From positions 992,001-1,056,000 of the forward strand of contig CAVRJY010000001.1 of the NCBI GenBank assembly GCA_963721805.1: a stretch of DNA of 64,000 bases. Direction: 5' to 3'. The DNA comes from Nitrospirota bacterium (GTDB lineage: Bacteria > Nitrospirota > Thermodesulfovibrionia > Thermodesulfovibrionales > JdFR-86). The translations under genes and the position numbers were made by a program. Of this stretch, positions 10,261 through 19,996 are shown in pieces. The notes under the pieces are model-generated. The model made no database searches. It saw only the letters and a program-made list of their open reading frames with translations, and was not told where the DNA came from. How positions within the stretch are numbered: the stretch's first letter is position 1; each line of letters begins with the position of its first letter.

Positions 10261-12162
10261 ATGGGCGGCATAGCCGGATATATCGAGCGGTATGCTCAGG
10301 CCGAGGGTTTCAAGGTGGCTCAGATGTGCGATGCCATGCGCCGAGGAGAGGACGAACTGGGGCTCTGGCGCTCCAGGAACGCCTGCCTTGGGATGTGCGG
10401 GGCAGGGGGCTTCGAGGGCCATCGGCCGATGTTCAGCGAAGACGGCATGGTCGCGGCCGTCCTGGACGGCGAGATACATAACCATATAAGTCTGCATTCC
10501 CGGCTAGGGTCCTCTGGCCATGGCTTCCGGTCCCGCTCCGACACCGAGGCGATAGTGCATCTTTATGAGGATTCGGGGGAAAAGTGCGTCGACGCCATAT
10601 CCGGCTTGTTCGGCCTCGCGGTTTGGGATGGGGGACGCAGGAAGCTTCTCATCGCCCGCGACCGCCTCGGCATAAAGCCGCTGTATTATTTCTTCGACGG
10701 CCAGAGGTTCATGTTCGCCACAGAGATCAAGGCCCTGCTGGTTGAGGGCTGCTCCCCTTCGTTGATAAACATGAAGGCCCTTTGGGACTACCTGAGCCTT
10801 AAATTTATACCCGAGCCGGAGACCATCTGGGAGGGCATACGCAAACTTCCGGCCGGCCACCGGCTGGTGCTGGACGCCGAGAAGTGGGCCCTGAGGGTCG
10901 AGCCATACTGGGACCTGCCCTACGAGGCGCAGGGGCAGGGCAGGCGGCCGGATGCCGAGTGCCTGGAGGAGTTCTCGGGGCTTTTTGAGGACTCTGTGGC
11001 ACTCCTAAGCGGGGCGAATACGGGCGTATTTCTAAGCGGAGGGATCGACTCTACCGCGGTGCTCTCGGCCGCAAGCAGGCTCAGCGGCCGCCCGGTCGAC
11101 TGCTTTTCGTTTGCGTTTCGAGACGGAGGAGAGTTTAACGAGCTCGGGTATGCGCGCGAGGCCGTGCGCCACTTCGGCGCGCGCGGCCACGAGATAGTCA
11201 TCGGGCATAAAGAGTTCCTGGACTGCCTCCCTGAGGTGCTCTCGCATGCCGAGCAGCCGCATGCCGTCCCGTCGAGCGTGCCGCTTTACTGCCTGTGCAA
11301 ATCCGCATCCGGGCAGCTCGGCACCGTGCTCACCGGAGACGGGGCTGACGAGATGCTGGGCGGCAGCAACGTGAAAGACTTCGTCAGGAGGCACAGGCGG
11401 GCCGAGGTGCTGGACCTGCTGCCGCAGCCTGTCAGGAGGCTCATGCCTCACCTGCTGGGCGAGCATGCCAGGCCTTCGGCTGCTGAGTATATGGAACAAA
11501 AGATATTCGTCCATCACCGGAGCTTCTCCGAGCTCGAGAAGGTGAGGCTGTTAGGGGAACACGGGCTGCGCGTTGCCGGATCGAGAGACCCCATGAGGGA
11601 GCATTATGAGCGAGTCAGCGAGCTGCTCCCGCTAAACCGGATGCTTTACGTGCTGAGCAAGGGCTGGCTCGCAGCGGACATCTATATGAAGGCCGACTGG
11701 GTTGCCAACGCTAACTCGATAGCGCTCAGACAGCCGTTTCTGGACCACCGCCTCGCCGAGTGGGCGGCCAGGGCGCCCATGCGCATGAAGATTGGCAGGG
11801 TAGGGGCCCGCGTCATGGGCAAGAGGGTCCTGCGCATGTACGCCAAGGGCAGGGTGCCCGAGATGATACTGAACAGGAAAAAAACGGATACCCCGGTGCC
11901 CGTGTACGGCTGGCTCTCGGACGAACTGCGGCCCTTCGCGCACGATATGCTCGCCCACGGCTGTTGCGCGTCCGACTTTTTCGACTACGGGGCGATAGCC
12001 TCATGCCTTCAGAGGGGTACGCTGCCGGAGGCGAGCATCAGCGACCGCCACAGGCTCTGGATAATGCTCGTCCTTGAGGTCTGGTTCAGGCAGCGTCAGG
12101 CCCAAGCGAAAGCCGCCTCCACCCCCGCCCCGAGCCGCGTGCTGGCGGCCGCGCACGCCTGA
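10261..12162 (+). CDS. asnB: Asparagine synthetase B-like amidotransferase with a degenerate glutaminase domain
   Basis: GGAGG RBS then MGGIAG; SDTE, ARDRLGIKPLYY, LSGGIDS, TGDGADE, PFLDH. Confidence 0.85.
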   Translation: MGGIAGYIERYAQAEGFKVAQMCDAMRRGEDELGLWRSRNACLGMCGAGGFEGHRPMFSEDGMVAAVLDGEIHNHISLHSRLGSSGHGFRSRSDTEAIVHLYEDSGEKCVDAISGLFGLAVWDGGRRKLLIARDRLGIKPLYYFFDGQRFMFATEIKALLVEGCSPSLINMKALWDYLSLKFIPEPETIWEGIRKLPAGHRLVLDAEKWALRVEPYWDLPYEAQGQGRRPDAECLEEFSGLFEDSVALLSGANTGVFLSGGIDSTAVLSAASRLSGRPVDCFSFAFRDGGEFNELGYAREAVRHFGARGHEIVIGHKEFLDCLPEVLSHAEQPHAVPSSVPLYCLCKSASGQLGTVLTGDGADEMLGGSNVKDFVRRHRRAEVLDLLPQPVRRLMPHLLGEHARPSAAEYMEQKIFVHHRSFSELEKVRLLGEHGLRVAGSRDPMREHYERVSELLPLNRMLYVLSKGWLAADIYMKADWVANANSIALRQPFLDHRLAEWAARAPMRMKIGRVGARVMGKRVLRMYAKGRVPEMILNRKKTDTPVPVYGWLSDELRPFAHDMLAHGCCASDFFDYGAIASCLQRGTLPEASISDRHRLWIMLVLEVWFRQRQAQAKAASTPAPSRVLAAAHA

Positions 12163-12289
12163 GGGCTCCGATTGCCGTATGGTATCATGGATATGATGGC
12201 TGCTTATAATTGTGCTCGGGTGCGCTGTTATGTCGGCGGGGTTGCCGTCGCCCATGCGTTATGCATATTCAGCCGCGGTTTGAGTTGCG

Positions 12290-13492
12290 ATGAGAGCCGC
12301 AAGACAGAAGATATCAAGACATACCGCGATGCTCATCGTCTATCTCGTGCTCTCGCTCGGAATCGGTACGCTCGTGACGGTTTCTGTCGATAATTATGAG
12401 GATGTCACCACCGCAAAAGAAATCCTCCGGGACGAGGGCCGAGGAACTCACGGATGCGGTACGCGCTTTTAAGAGTCTCCTCCCCTGGCGCCACAAGCGG
12501 GCAGGTCATGAGCTTCGTGACGATGTTCGTCTCCACGGGCATGAGCAGCGAACTGCTCGCCATAAACCCGGAGACCGACGCGACGCCTTACAGCAAGGAT
12601 TTCCGGCTCCTGGTTTCGGTCGTCGAGGGCGACAAGAGGATGGACGTATACATGAGCAACAAATACCTGAACAGCCAGCTCTCCAGTTATGACGTGCCCG
12701 ATCTGATGCTGGGGCTATTTGTGACCATAGCGATGTTCACGGTCATGGTCATATACGCCGAGAAGAAGAGGCAGGCGCTGGTAATGCAGCAGCGGTTCGA
12801 GGAGAAGCACGCCGAACTCACGAAGGCGCTCGAGGAGCACGAGGCGCTGGCCCTCCTGGGCCGCATGGCCGCCACGCTGGCCCATGAACTGAAGACGCCC
12901 ATATCGACGATCTCCACCCTGCTTCAGGTGTTCCCGTCGAGGAGCGCCGACGAAAACTTCCGCAACAGGTTCGTCACGCTCGCGAGCGAGGAGCTGAACC
13001 GCACGCAGCAGATCATCGACAACCTGCTGGTCTACGGCAAGGATATCGAGATCAAGGACGAGCAGTGGATGGAGTTCGGGCCGTTCATCGGGGAGATAGC
13101 GCAAAAATACGGATTGAAGATCGCGGCCTGCCCCCGGTTCTCTGCTCTACGGGAACGTGTTTTATCTCGGCCTATTGTTTGAAAACCTGATAAGAAACAG
13201 CCGGAACGCAGGAGCCGCGGACATAAGGGTCATCCTCGATAACCCCTCGGCCGGGGACGGCGTTTCCGCAGTAGTACGAATCGAGGATAACGGCGCCGGC
13301 TTCCCGGAGGGCGCGGATCTGGCCAAGCTCATGGACCCGTTCGTCACCGAGCGCCCAAACGGGGCCGGCCTCGGGCTGTACCTCGCACGGAAGATCGCGG
13401 CCGCGCACGGCGCCGCGATCACGCCGTACAGGCCGCAAGCGGGCGCCGGGTTCATGATAACGCTGCAGGGCAGGCGGGTCAGGGATGCGTAG
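12290..13492 (+). CDS. Membrane sensor histidine kinase, three apparent +1 frameshifts (~12436, ~12475, ~13146)
   Basis: TM segments; LAHELKTP H-box; ENLIRNS, EDNGAG, DPFVT, GAGLGL spread over consecutive frames. Confidence 0.8.
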
Positions 13493-14841
13493 CGATCAGC
13501 GCAAGCCCGAGGTCTTCATCGTCGACGATGAGCCGAACTTCAGCGAGTCGCTGCAGATCGCGCTCGAGGACCGCTTTTCCGTATACGTGGCAGGCACGCT
13601 TAAAGGCGCGCGCGGAGCTCCTGAGGGCCCGGGTCCCTGATGCGATCCTGCTGGACTTGCGGCTTCCGGACGGCAACGGCATCGAGTTTCTCCACGAGCT
13701 GAAAAATGACCTCACCCCCATGCCCGTCGTCATTCTGATGACCGCGTACGCGACCGTGGATAACGCGGTGAAGGCGCTTAAAGAGGGCGCGGTGGATTAT
13801 TTCACCAAGCCGATGGACATCGAAAAACTCAAGCGTGAACTTTCCATCTATATCGAAAACAGGCTTCTGCACGAGAAGGTCTCGGCGCTCGACCGCGAGA
13901 TAAACACGATCCGGCCGCCCTTCGTCACATCCGGGCACGGGGAGGATGAAGGATATCGTCGAGAAGGTCCCGATGGTCTCGCACCTCGACATCCCGGTGC
14001 TGATCAGCGGAGAGACCGGCACAGGCAAGGAGCGGCTCGCCAAGTGGATCCATACGCTCTCCGGCGCACAGGGCGATATGGTCGTCATCAACTGCGCCGC
14101 GCTGCCGAAGGACATCCTTGAAAGCGAACTTTTCGGCTACGCGAAGGGCGCATTTTCGGGTGCGGCCGGTTACAAGGAAGGCATGATCGAGAGGGCCGAC
14201 GGCGGGACGCTGTTTCTGGATGAGATCGGGGAGCTGCCGGAGGATATCCAGGCGAAGTTTCTGAGGGTCCTCGAAGACGGCGTGTATTACAAGCTCGGCG
14301 ACCCGACAGAGCACAGGGTCAAGTTCAGGCTCATTACCGCGACGAACCGGGAACTCCTGGGGCCTGCGGGCAGCTTCCGCATGGACCTGTACTACCGGAT
14401 CAACGGCATCTCGTTCGAGCTCCCGCCCCTGCGGCAGCGCAGGGAGGATATCCCGCTGCTGGTGGCGGCCTTTATCAACGAGGCCAACTTCGCGTTCAGC
14501 AAGGACGTCAAAGGCGTATCGCCACAGGCGATGCAGTGCCTTATCGCGGCCCCATGGCCCGGCAATATCAGGGAGCTGAAATGGTGCATCAGCAGGGCGG
14601 TCGCAACCGCCTCGGAAACACGCTCGAGAGGGATGCGTTCCCGGCCGATTACAATGTCTGTGCCGGGGCCGTGCCGGCCGTCGAGGCCGACGTGCCGATG
14701 GAAGATGCGATCTCGCGCCTCGAGATGAAATACATCCAGAACGCCCTCGCGGCGGCCAAGGGGAGCAAGACCGAGGCGGCCCTGACGCTGGGGATCTCCG
14801 TAAGGGCGCTTCATTACAAACTAAAGAAATATAACATGTGA
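13485..14841 (+). CDS. NtrC-family sigma-54 response regulator, three apparent frameshifts (~13613, ~13945, ~14615)
   Basis: IVDDE and LLDLRLP receiver; GETGTGKE, ESELFG..GAFSGA, FLDEIG, WPGNIREL; C-terminal HTH. Confidence 0.85.
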
Positions 14842-14885
14842 ACGGATCAGCTCAACGCGTCTGAAGGCCGCCGGATGAGGGCAAT

Positions 14886-14914
14886 AAAAAAGGGTGTCTT
14901 TCGACACCCCTTTT
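14886..14914. terminator. Bidirectional intrinsic terminator
   Basis: A-run, GGGTGTC-TTTC-GACACCC stem, T-run between convergent regulator and ssrA. Confidence 0.8.
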
Positions 14915-14947
14915 ACTTGAACAGGCCAAGAGCCACCGGATGAAAAA

Positions 14948-15295
14948 TGGTGGAGGCGAGGGGAATTGAACCCCTGTCCGAGAGCACTAAACCGAGGCAT
15001 ACTACATGCTTAGTCCGCCTATTTGAGTTTCGGACTCCGGTGTGCCGGTTGACGGGCCCTCCAGAGTCCTATCCCCTTGATCTTGGTCAGCGGCAAAGGG
15101 CGTGCCGCCGAAGCATTCCGCCTTGTGACGTCAGCGGGTCAGGTGCGGAAGGCCCGGCCCGTGACGCGCAACCTAATTAGGCTGCGAGTGCCAGTTCGTC
15201 GTTGGCAGTTGTGAATTTTCCACAGTATTTACGTGGTCATGGATCCACGGCATGCAGCCTGGGCTTCGCAACCCCCGTCGAAGCCGGTCGCCCCC
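14948..15295 (-). ncRNA. ssrA: tmRNA, tag peptide (A)NDELALAA at 15206-15177
   Basis: 5' GGGGGCGACCGGCTTCGAC; 3' GGTTCAATTCCCCTCGCCTCCACCA; directly downstream of smpB. Confidence 0.97.
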
Positions 15296-15304
15296 GGCGT
15301 TCTA

Positions 15305-15754
15305 CTAGCGGTTCTTGGCCTTCATCGCCCGGTCGATCTCCCGCCGGGCTTCTTTTTCTTTTATGACCTCTCGTTTTTCAAAGAGCTTTTTGCCCCGCGC
15401 AAGCCCGACTTGCACCTTCGCGTGCGGGCCTTTGAAGTATATGCTCAGGGCCACCAGCGTGTAGCCCTTCACAGCGGCCTTGGCCTGCAACTTTGCGATC
15501 TCGGCCGCGTGCAGCAGGAGCTTGCGCGTGCGGAGCGGTTCGGGGTTCTGGATGTTGCCATGGGCGTAAGGGCTTATGTGGGCGCCCACGAGGAACGCCT
15601 CGCCGTTCTTGATCGCCACGTGGCTTTCCTTCAGGTTCCCCTGACCGGCCCGCAGGGACTTAACCTCAGTTCCTAAAAGAGCTATGCCAGCCTCCAGCGT
15701 TTCCTCGATAATATAGTCGTGAAACGCCTTTTTGTTCTGGCAGACTGCCTTCAT
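15305..15754 (-). CDS. smpB: SsrA-binding protein
   Basis: NKKAFHDY, EAGIALLGTEVKSLR, RKLLLH, GKKLFEKRE. Confidence 0.97.
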   Translation of the reverse strand: MKAVCQNKKAFHDYIIEETLEAGIALLGTEVKSLRAGQGNLKESHVAIKNGEAFLVGAHISPYAHGNIQNPEPLRTRKLLLHAAEIAKLQAKAAVKGYTLVALSIYFKGPHAKVQVGLARGKKLFEKREVIKEKEARREIDRAMKAKNR

Positions 15755-15802
15755 CTATTATTTTATCACAAAGCGCGCCCGGCATGAGCGAAGCCGCCGC
15801 GC

Positions 15803-15817
15803 TGGCATACTAGTTGC
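15803..15817 (+). promoter_or_regulatory. sigma-54 promoter
   Basis: TGGCAT-ACTAG-TTGC, exact -24/-12 spacing. Confidence 0.7.
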
Positions 15818-15848
15818 TTCATAGATAGCAGATGCAAGGAGGTGCACC

Positions 15849-15977
15849 ATGACGGCACATGAGGCGGCCGAGATCGTAAGGGAGTCGGAGCTGTTTGACC
15901 TTCTGACGAAAACCGAGCAAATTGAAGCGGTTACGTACGCCATAGACACCCTCTGCCGGGATAACAGCAAAAACTGA
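15849..15977 (+). CDS. 42-aa small protein (below the ORF-track cutoff)
   Basis: AAGGAGGT RBS; MTAHEAAEIVRESELFDLLTKTEQIEAVTYAIDTLCRDNSKN. Confidence 0.65.
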   Translation: MTAHEAAEIVRESELFDLLTKTEQIEAVTYAIDTLCRDNSKN

Positions 15978-16069
15978 GACCCGCGCCCCCGCCTGACATA
16001 TTGCGTCAATTCAAGCACCCCCTGTATCAAATGCGGCACAGCCCTCTCTGTTATACTATCTGACGGATC

Positions 16070-17684
16070 ATGCTTAAAAATACCCTCATAGCGCTTTTGA
16101 TGGTGCTGCTTTGCGCGCGGGCCGCGCTCGCACAGGACCCTTACGCCAGCCGGGAGTGGATCAAGGCCCTGATCTCTGCCAACGAGCCGGTGGCGGACGA
16201 GTACATCCGCTCGCGCCAGACGCTGACGAAGTTCTACGTGACAACCGATAACGAGCCGGTCTGGGTCGGGCCGCAGGGGCCGCTTCCGAGGCTCAAGGAG
16301 CTGGTCACGGAGCTTAACTCTGCGTACAGCGAGGGGCTCAGGCCGGACAATTACCACGCCTCGGTGATCTGGAGCGCTCTTAAGGCGATAGAGGCCCAGC
16401 CCACGCCAACCCCCAAGGCGCTGGCCGAGATCGAGGTGCTGGCGACGGACGCGTTTCTGACCTATGGCGCGGACCTCAAGGGCGGACGTGTCGACCCCGG
16501 CGTGATATACGAGGGCAAGTACGGGATGCGCCGCCGCGCGGACGCGACCGAGGCGTTAAGGCAGGTCGCGGCGGGCGGCGATGTCAAGCAAATACTGATC
16601 TCGCTGGAGCCGAACCAGAGCGGTTACGACCTGCTCAAGAAGGGGCTTGCGAAGTATCGCAAGATCGCCCTGAATGGCGGATGGCCGTCTATACCCGAAG
16701 GCCCGGCGCTCAGGCCCGGCATGACTGACAGGCGCGTCGCCGCGATGCAGCGTAGGCTCGTCGTGACCGGGGAGCTCGCCGAGGTGAGCCCCAAGCCTGA
16801 TTTCTACGGCCCGGAGCTGCAGGCCGCGGTGAAGGCATTCCAGCTCAGCCACGGGCTCGAGGACGACGGCGTGGCTGGCCCGGCCACGGTCAAGGAAATG
16901 AACGTCACCGCGCGCGCCCGCATCCGGCAGCTCGAATTGAACATGGAGCGCTGGCGGTGGTTCCCTCCGATCCCCGGCGGAAGGTTCATACTGGTCAATG
17001 TCTCGGACTTCCAGATGTCCGTGTTCGAGGATTTCAAGCCGGTGCTCACGATGCGCGTCGTGGTAGGGATGCCGCTTTGGGATACGCCCTCGCTGACCTC
17101 GAAGGTCACGCGCATAGTGCTGAACCCGTCGTGGTACGTGCCGAAGAACATCGTGCTCGAAGAGGTCGTCCCCGGCATGATAAAAAACCCGAATTACCTC
17201 AAGAAGAATAACCTGCTCGTCGTGACAGGGAAGGCCGATACGCAGATCGACCCGAAGACTATAAGCTGGAAGTCCGTCAGCGAGAGCAACCTGAACTTTC
17301 GCGTGATGCAGCCGCCGGGGCCGAAGAACCCTTTGGGCCAGATCAAGTTCCTGTTCGCCAATACGTACGAGGTCTATATGCACGATACGCCCTCGGGGAA
17401 GCTTTTCGACCGAAACGTGCGCACGTTCAGCCACGGCTGCATCAGGATAGAAAAGCCGATGGAGCTGCGGAGATATCTGCTCAAGGACTCGCCCGAGTGG
17501 ACCGAGGAGCGGATACAGAAGGTTATCGACGGCGGGATCGAGACGGGGATAAACCTCAAGAACCCGATCGAGGTGCATCTGTTCTACCTCACCGCGTGGG
17601 TCAGCCGAAGACGGGACGGTACAATTCAGGCGAGACTTCTATGAGAGGGATGAGCCGTTGGATGAAGCCTTGGCGGGTAGGTAA
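16070..17684 (+). CDS. YcbB/LdtD-type murein L,D-transpeptidase; C-terminus frameshifted near 17605
   Basis: PG-binding AVKAFQLSHGL..DG, NMERWRW, VYMHDTP, SHGCIR; shifted frame gives EDGTVQFRRDFYERD. Confidence 0.88.
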
Positions 17685-17699
17685 TCGGTAATGAGTGAC

Positions 17700-17871
17700 A
17701 AAGCGCACTAAATACGCGTGATACGTTGTCACGGCTCGCAGCCTCGTCCTCAATGTACGTCACAGTACACCTCCGGGCGGTCTGCTCGCCGCTCCTAGTC
17801 TGACGCGATTTATCGCGCTTTAAGTTTCCGATGCGGGATCATGCGAGCGGTCAAAGGCATGATTGTAGTGC
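17700..17871 (+). repeat. Polar hairpin element copy 1 (core 17700-17821 plus inner motif)
   Basis: AAAGCGC...GCGCTTT termini, central TGTAC-N6-GTACA; near-identical blocks at 63443-63647 and inverted at 19745-19946. Confidence 0.9.
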
Positions 17872-17944
17872 CCCGCCGCTGCCTCCGCGCCTCGTGGAAA
17901 AGGATTATATGGGTGCTATGCATCTGCGTAAGACTATTGCGTTT

Positions 17945-19255
17945 CTATGAGGATAAAGAGAAAAGAAAATCAATCATATTAAAATGATGTTTATTTATTG
18001 CAATAAGTTGTTCACCATGATGTGTGCCTATGGCTCTCCTGGTTTCAAGTGTAAACTCATGAAGTGCATGATATTTATCATTGCTCCATATCTCACCGAA
18101 CCCCACGCAACTCAATGAAGAAATGTCTTCCTTGCCTAGCTGTCGATTATTAGCATCTGAAATGCGTGGATTCCACGTAATATCTTTATGTGCTTTTTTC
18201 ATTTCATATGCATCAGGAAAAACTTCTCTGTAAATCAACAATTGAATTATCACATCCTTAATATATGGGCCTGTTTTTGCTGGTGTCGCGAGATAAATTA
18301 GATACCGCAAGACTATCGGCTTTATCTTTCTTGGGTTGGATATACCAAGAGTGAGGAAGTATTTTGCGAACCCTTCGATCTGCACCTTGTTATGAGTATA
18401 CCAATCTTCCTCTGAATACCTTTTGGCGATCTCAATGATAAATTCCATGTTTGCTTCATCGCAGACCGGGACATCAAATGACAGGTTGACAATCTTCCTT
18501 AAATACTCGCTTCCGCTTATAAGGTTTGTGCCATACCTTGCCTCAATTCCTTTCTCTAATACAAGCCTATCAACCCCGATAATGAAGATGCATCTATTGC
18601 CTTTTATTGAAATGAAATGCTTAATGTTCTCTATGAGCTTCACTACATTCTCAGGGAGGCACCTATCTAGGTCATCAATAAAAACAACAAGCGCTTTTTT
18701 CTTCCCTGCAATTTTTTCTACAACACTTGAAAAATCATGTTTTAGTTTTTCAATTTCACTTATCCATTTTTCATAATAATCAGACACATCTTTTTCGTAT
18801 TTGGTATAGTTTTCTTGAATATCTTTTAGATTCAACAGCCCAGCAGTTGAATGTTTCAGTAGGGCATCGCCACCTGCCAATAATACCCCTGTAGCAACCT
18901 TCCTCAATGAATCGAGGCTCTTATTTTGTTTCTTGCCAGTTGTTTTTGCCAGCCGGGATAAAAGAGGCAATAACAACGAAGCCTCATTTTCATATTCCCA
19001 TGCGTCAAACCAAAAAGTTTCAAATGATGCAGAGTTGTTCATTTGAGCTTGCAACATCTTCATGAAGGACGTTTTTCCGCTTCCCCACTCGCCATAGACA
19101 CCAAGTGTAAATGGTGGGGTAACTTGTTCTATAAGCGCGCAAAGCCGGATAACAGAATCCTTATGGTTCAAAAAATCATTCTTGAATGGATCGTCACTCG
19201 CAACTTCAACAGGGTTTTCAGGATCAAGCCGTAATTTCCACTTTGAGTCACTCAT
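17945..19255 (-). CDS. KAP-family P-loop NTPase
   Basis: GVYGEWGSGKTS Walker A, VVFIDDLDRC Walker B, YLRKIV, NPRKIK; strongly AT-rich. Confidence 0.9.
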   Translation of the reverse strand: MSDSKWKLRLDPENPVEVASDDPFKNDFLNHKDSVIRLCALIEQVTPPFTLGVYGEWGSGKTSFMKMLQAQMNNSASFETFWFDAWEYENEASLLLPLLSRLAKTTGKKQNKSLDSLRKVATGVLLAGGDALLKHSTAGLLNLKDIQENYTKYEKDVSDYYEKWISEIEKLKHDFSSVVEKIAGKKKALVVFIDDLDRCLPENVVKLIENIKHFISIKGNRCIFIIGVDRLVLEKGIEARYGTNLISGSEYLRKIVNLSFDVPVCDEANMEFIIEIAKRYSEEDWYTHNKVQIEGFAKYFLTLGISNPRKIKPIVLRYLIYLATPAKTGPYIKDVIIQLLIYREVFPDAYEMKKAHKDITWNPRISDANNRQLGKEDISSLSCVGFGEIWSNDKYHALHEFTLETRRAIGTHHGEQLIAINKHHFNMIDFLFSLSS

Positions 19256-19744
19256 CAGTACACCTACTTTCTCGCCAAAGTATATTGCTGGTAGATATTT
19301 TAAGATAAAGTTCTCAGTTTGACAAGATGCCCGGATCCCATCCGTATACTAAGATGCTTCTTGCCCTCGTAAATCATTTTGGGGACTTGTTTCTGTTATC
19401 ACTAACTATAGTTAATCGAAAGTTAATAGAAAACGCACGGGGGACAATTTTCCCTATCAACTTCGGTTTATATATAAACCAAAGTTTGGCGGCCTTTGGT
19501 GTATAGTGAGTTAATGAGCATGATAGGATTATATTTGATGAGCGGGGCAGGCGGGGCAGGAGGGCTCCGCGCGTGTTCGGATAAATCGGCAAATACCTCG
19601 TTTTTTATCCGAACATCCGAACAAGGGGCGGAAAAACAAATGAGTATCTTCGCAGGGTTAGCCCCGGTTTTGACCCCAACATCCGAACGGAAAACGCAAA
19701 AACGCGCGCGCACGCGCGCGAAATGCATAACTATACGTATGACC

Positions 19745-19946
19745 GGCTCTCAAATCATGCCGTTGACCTTGGGGGGCGCGGGGGGCGGGGCCGACTGGCC
19801 CCCCTCCTTTTTCCCCACCCCCGAAAGCGCGAGAAATCGTCTTCAGACAAGGCAGGGCGAGAAGACCGCCCGATGGTGTACTTGGGCGTACATAGAGGGC
19901 GAGTCTTTGAAGCCCAACGCAGTATCAAGCGATTTGGCGCGCTTTC
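19745..19946 (-). repeat. Polar hairpin element copy 3, inverted (core 19823-19946)
   Basis: GAAAGCGCGAGAAATCG..CAGACAAGG..GACCGCCCG..GGTGTAC..GTACATAGAGG..GTATCA..GATTTGGCGCGCTTTC aligns with the reverse complement of copy 1; inner motif AAATCATGCCGTTGACC at 19752-19768. Confidence 0.85.
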
Positions 19947-19996
19947 ATACGTTAGCGCTGTTTGACAGTACCGCGTACGAATGGGAATAATGGAAC

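Noticed and set aside
9659..12162. Lasso-peptide cluster (small ORF plus AsnB-like cyclase)
   Set aside because: No B1/RRE or B2 peptidase nearby, and the 120-aa ORF lacks a lasso leader/core pattern.
7574..14947. Genomic island integrated at the ssrA 3' end
   Set aside because: No integrase and no duplicate of the tmRNA 3' end found; the ssrA terminator is intact.
14947..15180. 77-aa ORF MVEARGIEPLS
   Set aside because: Antisense to the tmRNA.
17700..17871. Integron attC site or CRISPR repeat
   Set aside because: No clear RYYYAAC/GTTRRRY ends, no integrase, no regular repeat-spacer array and no cas genes.
19465..19480. Second LexA box upstream of the KAP gene
   Set aside because: Shares GGTTTA with the lexA site but has different spacing and lacks the C-N4-G core.
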